Virus record (IMG/VR): IMGVR_UViG_3300007735_000750
Location: 1 to 51,044 of that record
Reading direction: 5' to 3' (one strand)
From: a virus
Taxonomy: Duplodnaviria > Caudoviricetes
Length of the DNA: 51,044 nucleotides
Both the position numbers and the translations under genes were made by a program. A model generated the notes under the pieces. The model was not told the origin of the DNA, ran no database searches, and worked only from the letters and a program-made list of their open reading frames with translations. This document shows, piece by piece, positions 1 through 7,674 of the stretch (positions are counted from its first letter, which is position 1; each line of letters starts with the position of its first letter).

Positions 1-3
1 CGT

Positions 4-110
4 ACTAGGACGCTGAGATGCTAGTGGAAAGCTTTCCGTATCAGATCACAGATTGGACGTTAGCATAAAGCGGAACCCTGTGCTAACCATATATCCTGTG
101 AGCGTTTTTT
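4..110 (+). ncRNA. possible 3' part of a structured ncRNA (truncated by window start)
   Basis: No ORF; GC-richer than flanks; pairings TCACAG 46-51/CTGTGA 96-101, GTTAGCA 59-65/TGCTAAC 81-87, ACGCT 10-14/AGCGT 101-105, followed by a T-run. Confidence 0.4.
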
Positions 111-153
111 GGTGTCGCTGAAACCATATTTTTTATCTTGTGTAATCTAAATA

Positions 154-342
154 GTGAAGCCAAAATATAAAATAGGCGATAAAGTATTATCTTTTTGTAA
201 ATATAAAAATGAACAAATGATTGGGGAAATAGTAGGTATAAGAGAGGCTAAATACAACTGGGATTATAATATTAGATATTTAATTTATATTGATTTATTA
301 TACTATCAATGGATAGAAGAAAAACATATTAGTAAATATTAA
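154..342 (+). CDS. hypothetical protein (SH3/KOW-like 'KYKIGDKV' start)
   Basis: ORF track; GTGTAA motif at 140-145 just upstream. Confidence 0.65.
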   Translation: MKPKYKIGDKVLSFCKYKNEQMIGEIVGIREAKYNWDYNIRYLIYIDLLYYQWIEEKHISKY

Positions 343-356
343 GTGTATATATTTAT

Positions 357-554
357 ATGAATATAGAATCAATAGTAGAATCAATTAAAAAACTTCCAGA
401 AGCTCAAAATTTATCTGGTGAGGAACTTACTAAATTTATTTCAGATAATTTAAGAATAGAAATGAATAAACTTATTCAGCAAAATCGCCCAGAAGTATTA
501 CAAAAAATATTACCTTCAGATATCTTAAATCAAGAACAAAAATATAAAGTATAA
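357..554 (+). CDS. hypothetical protein
   Basis: ORF track; GTGTAT at 343-348 upstream. Confidence 0.65.
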   Translation: MNIESIVESIKKLPEAQNLSGEELTKFISDNLRIEMNKLIQQNRPEVLQKILPSDILNQEQKYKV

Positions 555-563
555 AATAATTTA

Positions 564-591
564 TTGACACTTATTAAATTTCGCTTATAGT
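564..591 (+). promoter_or_regulatory. early sigma70-type promoter, leaderless
   Basis: TTGACA-N16-TATAGT, 6 nt before ATG 598. Confidence 0.8.
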
Positions 592-597
592 AGACCT

Positions 598-801
598 ATG
601 AGCGACACATTAAAAAAATATACCATCACAATTCAACGAAATCAAATTGCCGAGGCTGAGATCGAGGTCGAGGCAGAAACTCTAGCAGAAGCAGAGGAGC
701 TTGCACTTCAGCGAGCAGAAGATTGCGATGCTAACTTCGATGAAGTTGATTATAACTTTGATATTATTAATATTGAATCAGAGGACGAGGATGACGAATA
801 A
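598..801 (+). CDS. DpnD/PcfM-like small acidic protein
   Basis: KYTITI...IEVEAETLAEAEELA pattern resembles the DpnD/PcfM family. Confidence 0.55.
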   Translation: MSDTLKKYTITIQRNQIAEAEIEVEAETLAEAEELALQRAEDCDANFDEVDYNFDIINIESEDEDDE

Positions 802-1049
802 AACAGCAGATTATCTTATGTGGCTTGCCTTTGGGTTAGTTATTATAGGATTAATATTTGCTTTTGTAAAATGAAATTTGCTATTCAAATACTAAATAAT
901 ATTGATGTAATATGTAATGATATTCATCTAAATACAAGTTATTTCATAAAATCTTGCATTAAATATGATAACAGGTGATACAATAGTAGCTTTTCTTATT
1001 ATAGCTTTTGCGGCTATTTATATTTATTTGAATCACTATTGATAATAAT

Positions 1050-1316
1050 ATGAATCAATTTAGCGGAATTGCACCTGTAGATGAGATTGAAAGATTCCAG
1101 TATGGATATTCATTGACTAGACCAATGATGCTAGATCCTAAATACAATAATTGGAGAAACTATACAGGAGATTTTACTACTAATGCTAAAAAAACATATT
1201 ATGTTAAAGTAGAAAAAATGTGTTCTGCATATCTTCAAGTAGAAGCAGAAGATGAGCAAAAAGCAAAAGAATTAGCGGAAAATCTTAAAAATAATTTTGT
1301 ACTGGATTGGAAATAA
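1050..1316 (+). CDS. hypothetical protein with C-terminal DpnD/PcfM-like segment
   Basis: KTYYVKV...LQVEAEDEQKAKELA resembles 598..801. Confidence 0.55.
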   Translation: MNQFSGIAPVDEIERFQYGYSLTRPMMLDPKYNNWRNYTGDFTTNAKKTYYVKVEKMCSAYLQVEAEDEQKAKELAENLKNNFVLDWK

Positions 1317-1443
1317 TATGAGCTTTCGTTTTGGACATCAAGGTGACAAATTAAAAAACTATAAGATCTTTATGAAATGGGCGAAGGATTGGGCTAAAGC
1401 TAGTAGCAAAAAGAATCAAAAGAAAAAGATAAAGAAAAATAAA

Positions 1444-1471
1444 TTGACTAAATAAGAATTTAAGTTATAGT
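1444..1471 (+). promoter_or_regulatory. early promoter
   Basis: TTGACT-N16-TATAGT, 6 nt before ATG 1478. Confidence 0.75.
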
Positions 1472-1477
1472 AAATAT

Positions 1478-1693
1478 ATGACTCCAAATTTATTGTCCAG
1501 AAATGTTAAAATATCTTATGATTTCCAACTAGGTGATAATAAATACTATGTTGTGGAATCCTTTGATGGAAATAATGAAATATGTGGCAGAGAAATAAAG
1601 AAAATAGAATGGGGTGGAACAGTTATTGTTAAGAATGAGAGTATTAGAAAGAAATTAATTAAGGCGGCTAAACAATATAGGATATTTAATTGA
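1478..1693 (+). CDS. hypothetical protein
   Basis: ORF directly after promoter. Confidence 0.7.
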   Translation: MTPNLLSRNVKISYDFQLGDNKYYVVESFDGNNEICGREIKKIEWGGTVIVKNESIRKKLIKAAKQYRIFN

Positions 1694-1723
1694 CCTAATA
1701 AAAATTTAGATTATATTAAATAT

Positions 1724-1876
1724 ATGACCAAAAAAGAATGTATCGCCGCATTATCTCAATTAACTGATATTTGGTATGACTATGAGAATAGTATACTAAC
1801 AGACCTTCAATTAAAAGCTAAATTAAATGATCTTATTGAAGAGATTAATTGGGGCTTAATGAAAGAAGGAGTTTAA
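1724..1876 (+). CDS. hypothetical protein (50 aa, MTKKECIAALSQ..., below ORF-track cutoff)
   Basis: Promoter TTGACC-N16-TATATT (1690-1717) 6 nt before ATG. Confidence 0.65.
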   Translation: MTKKECIAALSQLTDIWYDYENSILTDLQLKAKLNDLIEEINWGLMKEGV

Positions 1877-1877
1877 T

Positions 1878-2057
1878 ATGACAAAGACCTATAAAGATCT
1901 ATTAAATAAACTTAAGAATATGAATGAGAGCCAATTAAATAGTGATATTACTATTATAGATACTGATAATGAATATCGTAGAGCCACTTTATTATTTACT
2001 GATGAATCCTGTGATGTTTTAGATGATGGACACCCAGTAATTACTGCCAGATATTAA
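1878..2057 (+). CDS. hypothetical protein (59 aa, MTKTYKDLLNKL...)
   Basis: AAGGAG upstream; open frame read by eye. Confidence 0.65.
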   Translation: MTKTYKDLLNKLKNMNESQLNSDITIIDTDNEYRRATLLFTDESCDVLDDGHPVITARY

Positions 2058-2092
2058 TTGACATAAAATTAATTTATATTATAGTTGAGAGT

Positions 2093-2548
2093 ATGAAGCT
2101 CATCAACACTACTAAATTATGTTCAACCAAATTAAAAGAAATAGTTAAATGGTGCTTGCCCCAAGGGTTAAACCTTAAAGATATTGGCAAGATTGATTTT
2201 GGCAACACTAGGTTAGGTTGGCATGGTAGAGCTTGGAGTGGTAGTATGAGAGCCCATATTGCTGTGCCAGAATATAAGAAGTATATTAAACCATATATTA
2301 GTGGTGGGTTCAGAGGATATTTACCAGTTAAAACATATAGCTGGGAAGAATCATTAATTGAATTAGTTGCCCATGAAATTAGACATATATGGCAATATAA
2401 GAAAAGGAAATTCTTCCATGGTATTAAGAAAATAAGAAAATATAACATGGGTACTAGAGCTAAATTAAGTGAAGTAGATGCTAGTTTATATGCTATGCGT
2501 AAGGTAAGAGAATACAGAAAGAATAATATTAAATTTGGTTTGATATAA
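2093..2548 (+). CDS. zincin-type (HExxH) metalloprotease-like protein
   Basis: LVAHEIRHIWQY motif, downstream E in SEVDA; promoter TTGACA-N16-TATAGT at 2058-2085. Confidence 0.65.
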   Translation: MKLINTTKLCSTKLKEIVKWCLPQGLNLKDIGKIDFGNTRLGWHGRAWSGSMRAHIAVPEYKKYIKPYISGGFRGYLPVKTYSWEESLIELVAHEIRHIWQYKKRKFFHGIKKIRKYNMGTRAKLSEVDASLYAMRKVREYRKNNIKFGLI

Positions 2549-2621
2549 GTTGTTGATTATTAAGGATTTATGTAGGGGCGCCTGGCCCCCCGCGCGCAAG
2601 TCGTTGATAATCAATGATTTA
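2546..2621. repeat. paired-palindrome element D1
   Basis: TAAGTTGTTG-ATTAT-TAAGGATTTA + 26-bp GC core + CAAGTCGTTG-ATAAT-CAATGATTTA. Confidence 0.9.
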
Positions 2622-2728
2622 CATATGATAGGATTATTTTTAGCAAAACGCCCAAACCTCTATGCTACAGAATCTTATGAGACGAAAAAAGATCTTGTCA
2701 GATTATAAAAGTGTGGTACTATTAATCT

Positions 2729-3586
2729 ATGGCTAGAACAACTAAACCCGCTCAAGATGTATACGATTTTGATGTGCATCAAGAGCCACTCCTCACAACT
2801 GACGGCAAGAGGACAGGATACTTCGGCATGGTGCGCCGTGACACCGCCGAACCCATTACGCTCGGAGTTTGCACCGAGCAGTATGGTGTGGTGAAGAATG
2901 CAGACCTCATCGAGATGGTGGAAAGCAACCTCGCCACTCATGGCAAGCTCTCGAATTACAATTCGAAGAAGTTCGTCGTGCGTGACGGTTCTCGTTTTTA
3001 CGCTTCCTATGACTTCCCCGATTTCAAAACGGAGTTGAAGCCTATGGGCAAGCGTGCCAAGGGAGACATTCTCGGCTTGCGATTGGTCGTTAACAATAGT
3101 TATGACCGCTCGTGCCGTGTTTCGTTGTCCCTCGGTTTCCTTCGTCTCGTTTGCACCAACGGCATGACCTCGCTCTCGAAGGAGTTCAGCATGACGAAGC
3201 GTCACACGCTTGCAGTCAATCTGGACTTCGTTGGCGATGCGTTGGCTCGTGCTACTGACAGCGTTGAGTCTCAAGCGCAAGTTTTTAACAAACTGGCGCA
3301 ACGGGCGCTCACTGACGAACAGGGCTTGAACCTGCTCACCAAGCTGGAAGAGAAAGACATTATCTCTGGCAAGGTGCGTGAGGGCATCGAGGCTGTTTGG
3401 CGCAACCCCGCTTATGAGGAGGATACGGATCGCAATCTGTACAACCTCTACAATGCGGCAACGCAATTCCTTACTCGCAATGTCTCGCAAGAGCGCTACG
3501 AGTACAGCGAGCGAGTCAACCGTGATCTGCTCAAAGTCTTCAGCGGCAAAACCCGTGACGAAGACCTCTTGAAACTGGTCGCCTAA
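2729..3586 (+). CDS. DUF932 family protein
   Basis: LGV...YGVVKN, LVVNNSYDRS, GFLRLVCTNGM, NLYNLYNAATQF motifs; promoter TTGTCA-N16-TACTAT at 2695-2722. Confidence 0.85.
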   Translation: MARTTKPAQDVYDFDVHQEPLLTTDGKRTGYFGMVRRDTAEPITLGVCTEQYGVVKNADLIEMVESNLATHGKLSNYNSKKFVVRDGSRFYASYDFPDFKTELKPMGKRAKGDILGLRLVVNNSYDRSCRVSLSLGFLRLVCTNGMTSLSKEFSMTKRHTLAVNLDFVGDALARATDSVESQAQVFNKLAQRALTDEQGLNLLTKLEEKDIISGKVREGIEAVWRNPAYEEDTDRNLYNLYNAATQFLTRNVSQERYEYSERVNRDLLKVFSGKTRDEDLLKLVA

Positions 3587-3609
3587 ACTAAAACCGCAAC
3601 TTTAACAAG

Positions 3610-3639
3610 TGCGAGGGGTAAACCCCCTCGCATTTTTTT
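3610..3639 (+). terminator. intrinsic terminator
   Basis: TGCGAGGGG-TAAAC-CCCCTCGCA followed by T7. Confidence 0.85.
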
Positions 3640-3658
3640 GCTCAAATTTGATGGATTA

Positions 3659-3734
3659 TAAGTCGTTGACTATTAAGTACTTACGTGGGGGCGGGGACAC
3701 CACCTTATGTAAACCTTTGATAGTTAAGTTTTTA
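3659..3734. repeat. paired-palindrome element D2
   Basis: TAAGTCGTTG-ACTAT-TAAGTACTTA ... TAAACCTTTG-ATAGT-TAAGTTTTTA, 51-bp offset. Confidence 0.85.
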
Positions 3735-3776
3735 TAAAAGCTTGACATTTTTAGAATTTATCTTATAGTTAAAAGA

Positions 3777-4118
3777 GTGAAGGCAAAACACAAAGTCTAT
3801 TACAATTTACATAAACATTGTTTAAGTATTATGCTCAAAGGAAAAGTATTAGAGCATAGTTCAGAGTTCTTTTTGAAAGATGTAGAGTTCAGAGTGAGCC
3901 AAGCAGGTAGATCCAGGGTCTTGAGAGAGAAGCGTAAGAATGTTCACGCATTTGTTTGTGGGCATCCAGACGATGGATGGCCAGTAGATCAGCCAGAGCG
4001 TAAAGTTACCTATAATCCTTATAAGTTTAATAGTTTTGTTTATGCAGACACCCTTGAGCCAGTATATAAAGCAAAGTGGGCTGGTGTGATTGGTCGTGAT
4101 ATTTTTGTCTTGAATTAA
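3777..4118 (+). CDS. conserved phage hypothetical protein
   Basis: VYYNLHK...VSQAGRSRVLREKRKNVHA...YNPYK motif set typical of a widespread phage family; promoter 3742-3769. Confidence 0.8.
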   Translation: MKAKHKVYYNLHKHCLSIMLKGKVLEHSSEFFLKDVEFRVSQAGRSRVLREKRKNVHAFVCGHPDDGWPVDQPERKVTYNPYKFNSFVYADTLEPVYKAKWAGVIGRDIFVLN

Positions 4119-4143
4119 ACTAAAAGTATAGTATAATCCTTTT

Positions 4144-4299
4144 ATGAACATAACAAAAGTAAAGAAGCTGGCTGAAGGTGGCTATGCTCTCTTTTCTATT
4201 GACCCTAAAACTAAACAAGAAACTCAAGTTGGCTATATGGGTGAAAACCTTGACCCTAAAGGCTGGCTTCCAGAAGGAGTGAAGATTGAAAATTCTTGA
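4144..4299 (+). CDS. hypothetical protein (51 aa, MNITKVKKLAEGG...)
   Basis: Promoter TTGAAT-N16-TATAAT (4110-4137) 6 nt before ATG. Confidence 0.7.
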   Translation: MNITKVKKLAEGGYALFSIDPKTKQETQVGYMGENLDPKGWLPEGVKIENS

Positions 4300-4645
4300 A
4301 GAATCTTTTACTAGCAAGGGATTCAAACTTCAGCAGGTAAAGCGTGATGGCGATGTCGCCATCTATAAGAAGCAACTCGATGATCCCGAAAGTCAAAACT
4401 ATCATTATGAAGTTGTCGCAATTAAGCGTCACAACGGATACGAGATTGCAGGCGTGAAGATGCCTCCCGCTGAAATGTATCCTAGCGATAGTCAATGGGG
4501 TGATTGGGCTTTCACTTGTAATTCAATCGAGGATGCTAACAAGCGTTTCGGTGAATTGCAGGAGAAACTAACAAACTACAATGCAACATCTATTCTGCCT
4601 AGTGGCGAAAAGCGTGGTCGTGGTCGTCCTCGCAAAATCGCTTGA
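4286..4645 (+). CDS. hypothetical protein with C-terminal AT-hook
   Basis: Ends KRGRGRPRKIA; AAGGAG upstream of TTG start. Confidence 0.75.
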   Translation: MKILEESFTSKGFKLQQVKRDGDVAIYKKQLDDPESQNYHYEVVAIKRHNGYEIAGVKMPPAEMYPSDSQWGDWAFTCNSIEDANKRFGELQEKLTNYNATSILPSGEKRGRGRPRKIA

Positions 4646-4676
4646 CAGAATATAAAAACCTATTACAATCACAACT

Positions 4677-4907
4677 ATGACCTATCATTGTGCAGTAAGT
4701 GGTGAGGCGATCCCTCCAGAGAGAGTCGAGGCTCTGCAAGTCCTTGGCGTTCCAGAGAGTCAATGGACTAAAAAAGAATATAGTCAAGTAAAGAAACTTC
4801 GTGCTGTGTATGCTGGTGATGATGGCAGTAATGACATCGTGATCTGCGACAAAGTTGATGGTGGCTCATTATTTGACAACGAAATCGTTGCGGAGGTAGA
4901 AGAATGA
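4677..4907 (+). CDS. degenerate TraR/DksA-like protein
   Basis: CAVSGEAIPPERVEAL resembles the CxxCGEPIPxxRLEAL zinc-finger start; promoter 4642-4669. Confidence 0.5.
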   Translation: MTYHCAVSGEAIPPERVEALQVLGVPESQWTKKEYSQVKKLRAVYAGDDGSNDIVICDKVDGGSLFDNEIVAEVEE

Positions 4908-5074
4908 ATGTAAGATATATCGTTTTGCGTGATGGTATTCGTGTTAGCGAGGATATGCACACCGATCTAAAAGAAGCTGAAGCAGAAGCTGACTTTTGGA
5001 AGAAGGTTATTCGTGCATGGCCAGACGGCACGAAGGTCGTGATTAAAAAGATTGGCTCGGATAGAAAAGCCTAA
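4904..5074 (+). CDS. hypothetical protein (56 aa, MNVRYIVLRDGIRVS...)
   Basis: ATGA overlap with upstream stop; GGAGG upstream. Confidence 0.7.
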   Translation: MNVRYIVLRDGIRVSEDMHTDLKEAEAEADFWKKVIRAWPDGTKVVIKKIGSDRKA

Positions 5075-5106
5075 AAGCGGAGGCCGATACTAGCTACGGA
5101 GCTGAT

Positions 5107-5200
5107 GCGAGGGTCGTCTAACTGGTTAAGACCCCACACTTATAATGTGGTCGCTCTAGATTTGGGCAAAATGCAGGTTCGAATCCTGCCCCTCGTACCA
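5107..5200 (+). tRNA. tRNA-Ile(UAU) with long variable arm
   Basis: Acceptor GCGAGGG/CCCTCGT, anticodon stem CCACA/TGTGG with loop CTTATAA, T arm GCAGG-TTCGAAT-CCTGC, encoded CCA, ~22-nt variable region. Confidence 0.9.
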
Positions 5201-5213
5201 ATCTTATTATATG

Positions 5214-5238
5214 TAAACCTTTGATGTTCAACCAATTA
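5214..5238. repeat. single copy of the 25-bp palindrome
   Basis: TAAACCTTTG-ATGTT-CAACCAATTA, 6 nt before -35 box TTGACT (5245). Confidence 0.7.
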
Positions 5239-5278
5239 TTTTTGTTGACTATTTAACAAACCATTGTATATTAAACCT

Positions 5279-5506
5279 ATGACAAACAACAAACCTCAAT
5301 GGGTAGCACCTAAGTGGACACCTTACTATACCAGAGTCGTCTTTGGTGAGCGTAGGGCTTACATTATGGATGCTAGTATTCGTGAAGCAACCAAGCAGAA
5401 CACTTATTCTTTACAAGACCTGTATCGAATCAGTAAAGCATTTAACCTTGCATTTAAGCTCGTTCCAGAGCCTAGTGAGTTTCCTACTGAGATTTGCTCT
5501 GCTTAA
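5279..5506 (+). CDS. hypothetical protein (start re-called to ATG 5279)
   Basis: Promoter TTGACT-N16-TATATT (5245-5272) 6 nt before ATG. Confidence 0.7.
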   Translation: MTNNKPQWVAPKWTPYYTRVVFGERRAYIMDASIREATKQNTYSLQDLYRISKAFNLAFKLVPEPSEFPTEICSA

Positions 5507-5513
5507 TTTTATT

Positions 5514-5585
5514 GGGCAAGTAGTTTAAAGGTGAAACCCTCGACTCATAATCGAGCTAGTGCTGGTTCGAGTCCAGCCTTGCCCA
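5514..5585 (+). tRNA. tRNA with CAU anticodon, probably tRNA-Ile2 (lysidine type) rather than Met
   Basis: GGGCAAG/CTTGCCC acceptor; CTCGA-CTCATAA-TCGAG; C4-G69 and C29-G41 pairs and GCTGG T-stem as in bacterial Ile2. Confidence 0.85.
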
Positions 5586-5599
5586 AGATTTAGAATAAA

Positions 5600-6112
5600 A
5601 TGAGAAATTGTTTAAAATGCGGGGATAAAATCCCTAATTCAATTAAAATTGGAGATAAGTATCATAATTTACAAAGGCGTAAATATTGTATAAAATGTTC
5701 ACCTTTTAAAGCTCACAATACAAAAAGAATTCACGAAAAAAGAGAATTAAGTCCATATGTAGCTAGAAACTATCAGAAACTAGATGAAGAAGGGAAGAAA
5801 ATCTTTAATAGATATTCTTATGAAAAAAGTTGTAAAAAGCGTAGAGATCAAAGGAAGAAAGATCTTGTGCTGATGTTTGGGGGTAAATGTATCACTTGTG
5901 GCTATGATAAAAATTTACATAATTTATGCTTTCATCATAGAGACCCAGAGGAAAAACTTTTTGAGGTTAATGTCCATAAACTAGCTAGTAAAAAATGGGA
6001 TACTCTAGTAGAAGAAGCTAAAAAATGTGATTTACTATGCTTTCATTGTCATAATGATTTACATTATCCAAATGGATTAAATTGGAAAAATGAAGAAGCT
6101 GGGGGTCGTTAA
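5600..6112 (+). CDS. HNH homing endonuclease
   Basis: CxxC pairs, GGKCITCGY, FHHRDP, CDLLCFHCHNDLH. Confidence 0.85.
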   Translation: MRNCLKCGDKIPNSIKIGDKYHNLQRRKYCIKCSPFKAHNTKRIHEKRELSPYVARNYQKLDEEGKKIFNRYSYEKSCKKRRDQRKKDLVLMFGGKCITCGYDKNLHNLCFHHRDPEEKLFEVNVHKLASKKWDTLVEEAKKCDLLCFHCHNDLHYPNGLNWKNEEAGGR

Positions 6113-6174
6113 CTCAATGGTAGAGTAGTTGCCTTTTAAGCAATAAGTTATAGGTTCGAGTCCTATACGACCCA
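6103..6174 (+). tRNA. tRNA-Lys(UUU)
   Basis: GGGTCGT/ACGACCC acceptor; GTTGC-CTTTTAA-GCAAT; ATAGG-TTCGAGT-CCTAT. Confidence 0.9.
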
Positions 6175-6220
6175 AAAAAAGATTTGACAAAAAAGCAAAT
6201 CCTGTTAAACTAAAAAAACT

Positions 6221-6616
6221 ATGAGACAAATCAAATTATACAAACAAAACCTCGGAGCAAATTGGGTTATTGGTATTGAAGGTTCCAAGGATAAAATTAT
6301 TCAATTTCACAACCGAGTATATAATTGGGGTGGAACAAATGGAAAACTAAAATGGATGTCTAAAGACTTTGCTTATTTTTGGATTACCCTTGATAGATTG
6401 GAGAGAGTGATGTTTAAGTATATTATGAATGGTATGACAGATAAACTTGGCAAAAAGTTTCGTGGAGCTAAAGGTGGTTTGAAAGAAGTTGTGTTAAATC
6501 GTGTGAGGAATACTATTAACAACATTCCTGTTGAAAATTTTGTTCGTACAGAGCAAGTTGAACCAACTTATTCTCTTGGACAAGTTTCGGCTGAAAAGCT
6601 GGACAGCGATAGTTGA
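6221..6616 (+). CDS. hypothetical protein, paralog family A
   Basis: FHNRVYNWGGTNGKL motif shared with 11229..11591 and 15032..15451; promoter 6184-6211. Confidence 0.8.
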   Translation: MRQIKLYKQNLGANWVIGIEGSKDKIIQFHNRVYNWGGTNGKLKWMSKDFAYFWITLDRLERVMFKYIMNGMTDKLGKKFRGAKGGLKEVVLNRVRNTINNIPVENFVRTEQVEPTYSLGQVSAEKLDSDS

Positions 6617-6622
6617 ACAATC

Positions 6623-6698
6623 CGCCTAGTAGTCCAATGGCAGAGACAAACGACTTAAAATCGTTCGAGTGTCGGTTCGAGTCCGACCTAGGCGACCA
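6623..6698 (+). tRNA. tRNA-Leu(UAA), short variable loop
   Basis: CGCCTAG/CTAGGCG acceptor; AACGA-CTTAAAA-TCGTT; GTCGG-TTCGAGT-CCGAC; A discriminator + CCA. Confidence 0.9.
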
Positions 6699-6705
6699 AT
6701 TTATC

Positions 6706-6778
6706 GCTCTCGTAGCATAGCGAATAATGCAATTGATTTCTAATCAATAGATCGCAGGTTTGAATCCTGCCGAGAGCG
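6706..6778 (+). tRNA. tRNA-Arg(UCU)
   Basis: GCTCTCG/CGAGAGC acceptor; ATTGA-TTTCTAA-TCAAT; GCAGG-TTTGAAT-CCTGC. Confidence 0.85.
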
Positions 6779-7005
6779 AGAATTTTTTCCCAAAAGATTT
6801 TTCTTTATGTAAGCTTTTATGTGAGATGGTATGAAAAGAATTTTATTTGGATTTTTATTTTGATGATGGCAGGAAGTATATCGTGGGGAGCAATAATCGA
6901 GTTAGTGAAAATTATAATTACACATATAAAATAATTTTTTCCTAAAATCACTTATCCCAAAAATAATAATTGAATTATTTCTCACTGCACTGTAAAATAC
7001 TATAT

Positions 7006-7167
7006 ATGAAGAGTGAAAATAGGATCAGCAAAATACTAGAGAAAAGAATTCTCAAAGATGAAGATCCTAAACTCATATCTCAAATAGATAAATATCTACA
7101 AAATTTAGAATTAGTTTTTGTTAAATGGGCCAAAGCTCATCCTAATTGGAAAGAATCAGAAGAATAA
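7006..7167 (+). CDS. hypothetical protein (start probably MKSENR...)
   Basis: C-terminal part of ORF-track 6970..7167; CTGTAA variant of the late motif upstream. Confidence 0.5.
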   Translation: MKSENRISKILEKRILKDEDPKLISQIDKYLQNLELVFVKWAKAHPNWKESEE

Positions 7168-7179
7168 TTTTAGCTTTTG

Positions 7180-7252
7180 TAAGTTGTTGATTATTAAGTA
7201 GTTAGGGCGGCGGGGACTCTCGCCGCGTAAGTCGTTGATAGACAACGAGATT
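7180..7252. repeat. paired-palindrome element D3 (48-bp offset)
   Basis: TAAGTTGTTG-ATTAT-TAAGTAGTTA + 23-bp GC core + TAAGTCGTTG-ATAGA-CAACGAGATT. Confidence 0.85.
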
Positions 7253-7292
7253 TATTTCTTGCAGAGAAACGAAACTATGGTATGATTATTCT

Positions 7293-7559
7293 ATGAACAA
7301 AATCAAAAACGCAATCATCTACGCAACCTCATTCATTAAGTATCTGTTCCTTTTCCTCGTAGGACAAAGGTATCTGATCGAATACAAACCCTACGGCGGT
7401 GAGCAGGTCTATACCTACATCATCGGCAAGCCTTCGTCTTATACGATCAGCAAGGCTGGCAACAAGTTGTTTACGACTTTTTGCTTCTCTGGTCGTATGG
7501 ATTCTGGCGTGAAGCAATTCCGCTATGATAGAATTACTGGTGGTCTCTCGCCAGTTTAA
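7293..7559 (+). CDS. hypothetical protein (C-terminal 'QFRYDRI' WYL-like signature)
   Basis: Promoter TTGCAG-N16-TATGAT (7259-7286) 6 nt before ATG. Confidence 0.7.
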   Translation: MNKIKNAIIYATSFIKYLFLFLVGQRYLIEYKPYGGEQVYTYIIGKPSSYTISKAGNKLFTTFCFSGRMDSGVKQFRYDRITGGLSPV

Positions 7560-7611
7560 CAACAGAGAGATTAGGGGGTTATTATTATCCTCCTAGTTTG
7601 ACATATAGAAA

Positions 7612-7638
7612 GGGCGAGGAGAAATCCTCGCCTTTTTT
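7612..7638 (+). terminator. intrinsic terminator
   Basis: GGCGAGGA-GAAA-TCCTCGCC followed by T-run. Confidence 0.85.
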
Positions 7639-7674
7639 ATTTGACAAATTATTAATTTATACTATAGTTATTAG

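Noticed and set aside
2675-3490. 271-aa reverse-strand ORF
   Set aside because: Antisense shadow of the GC-rich DUF932 gene; no motif or promoter.
5514-5585. Initiator tRNA-fMet
   Set aside because: Has a paired G1-C72 and lacks the three consecutive G-C pairs in the anticodon stem.
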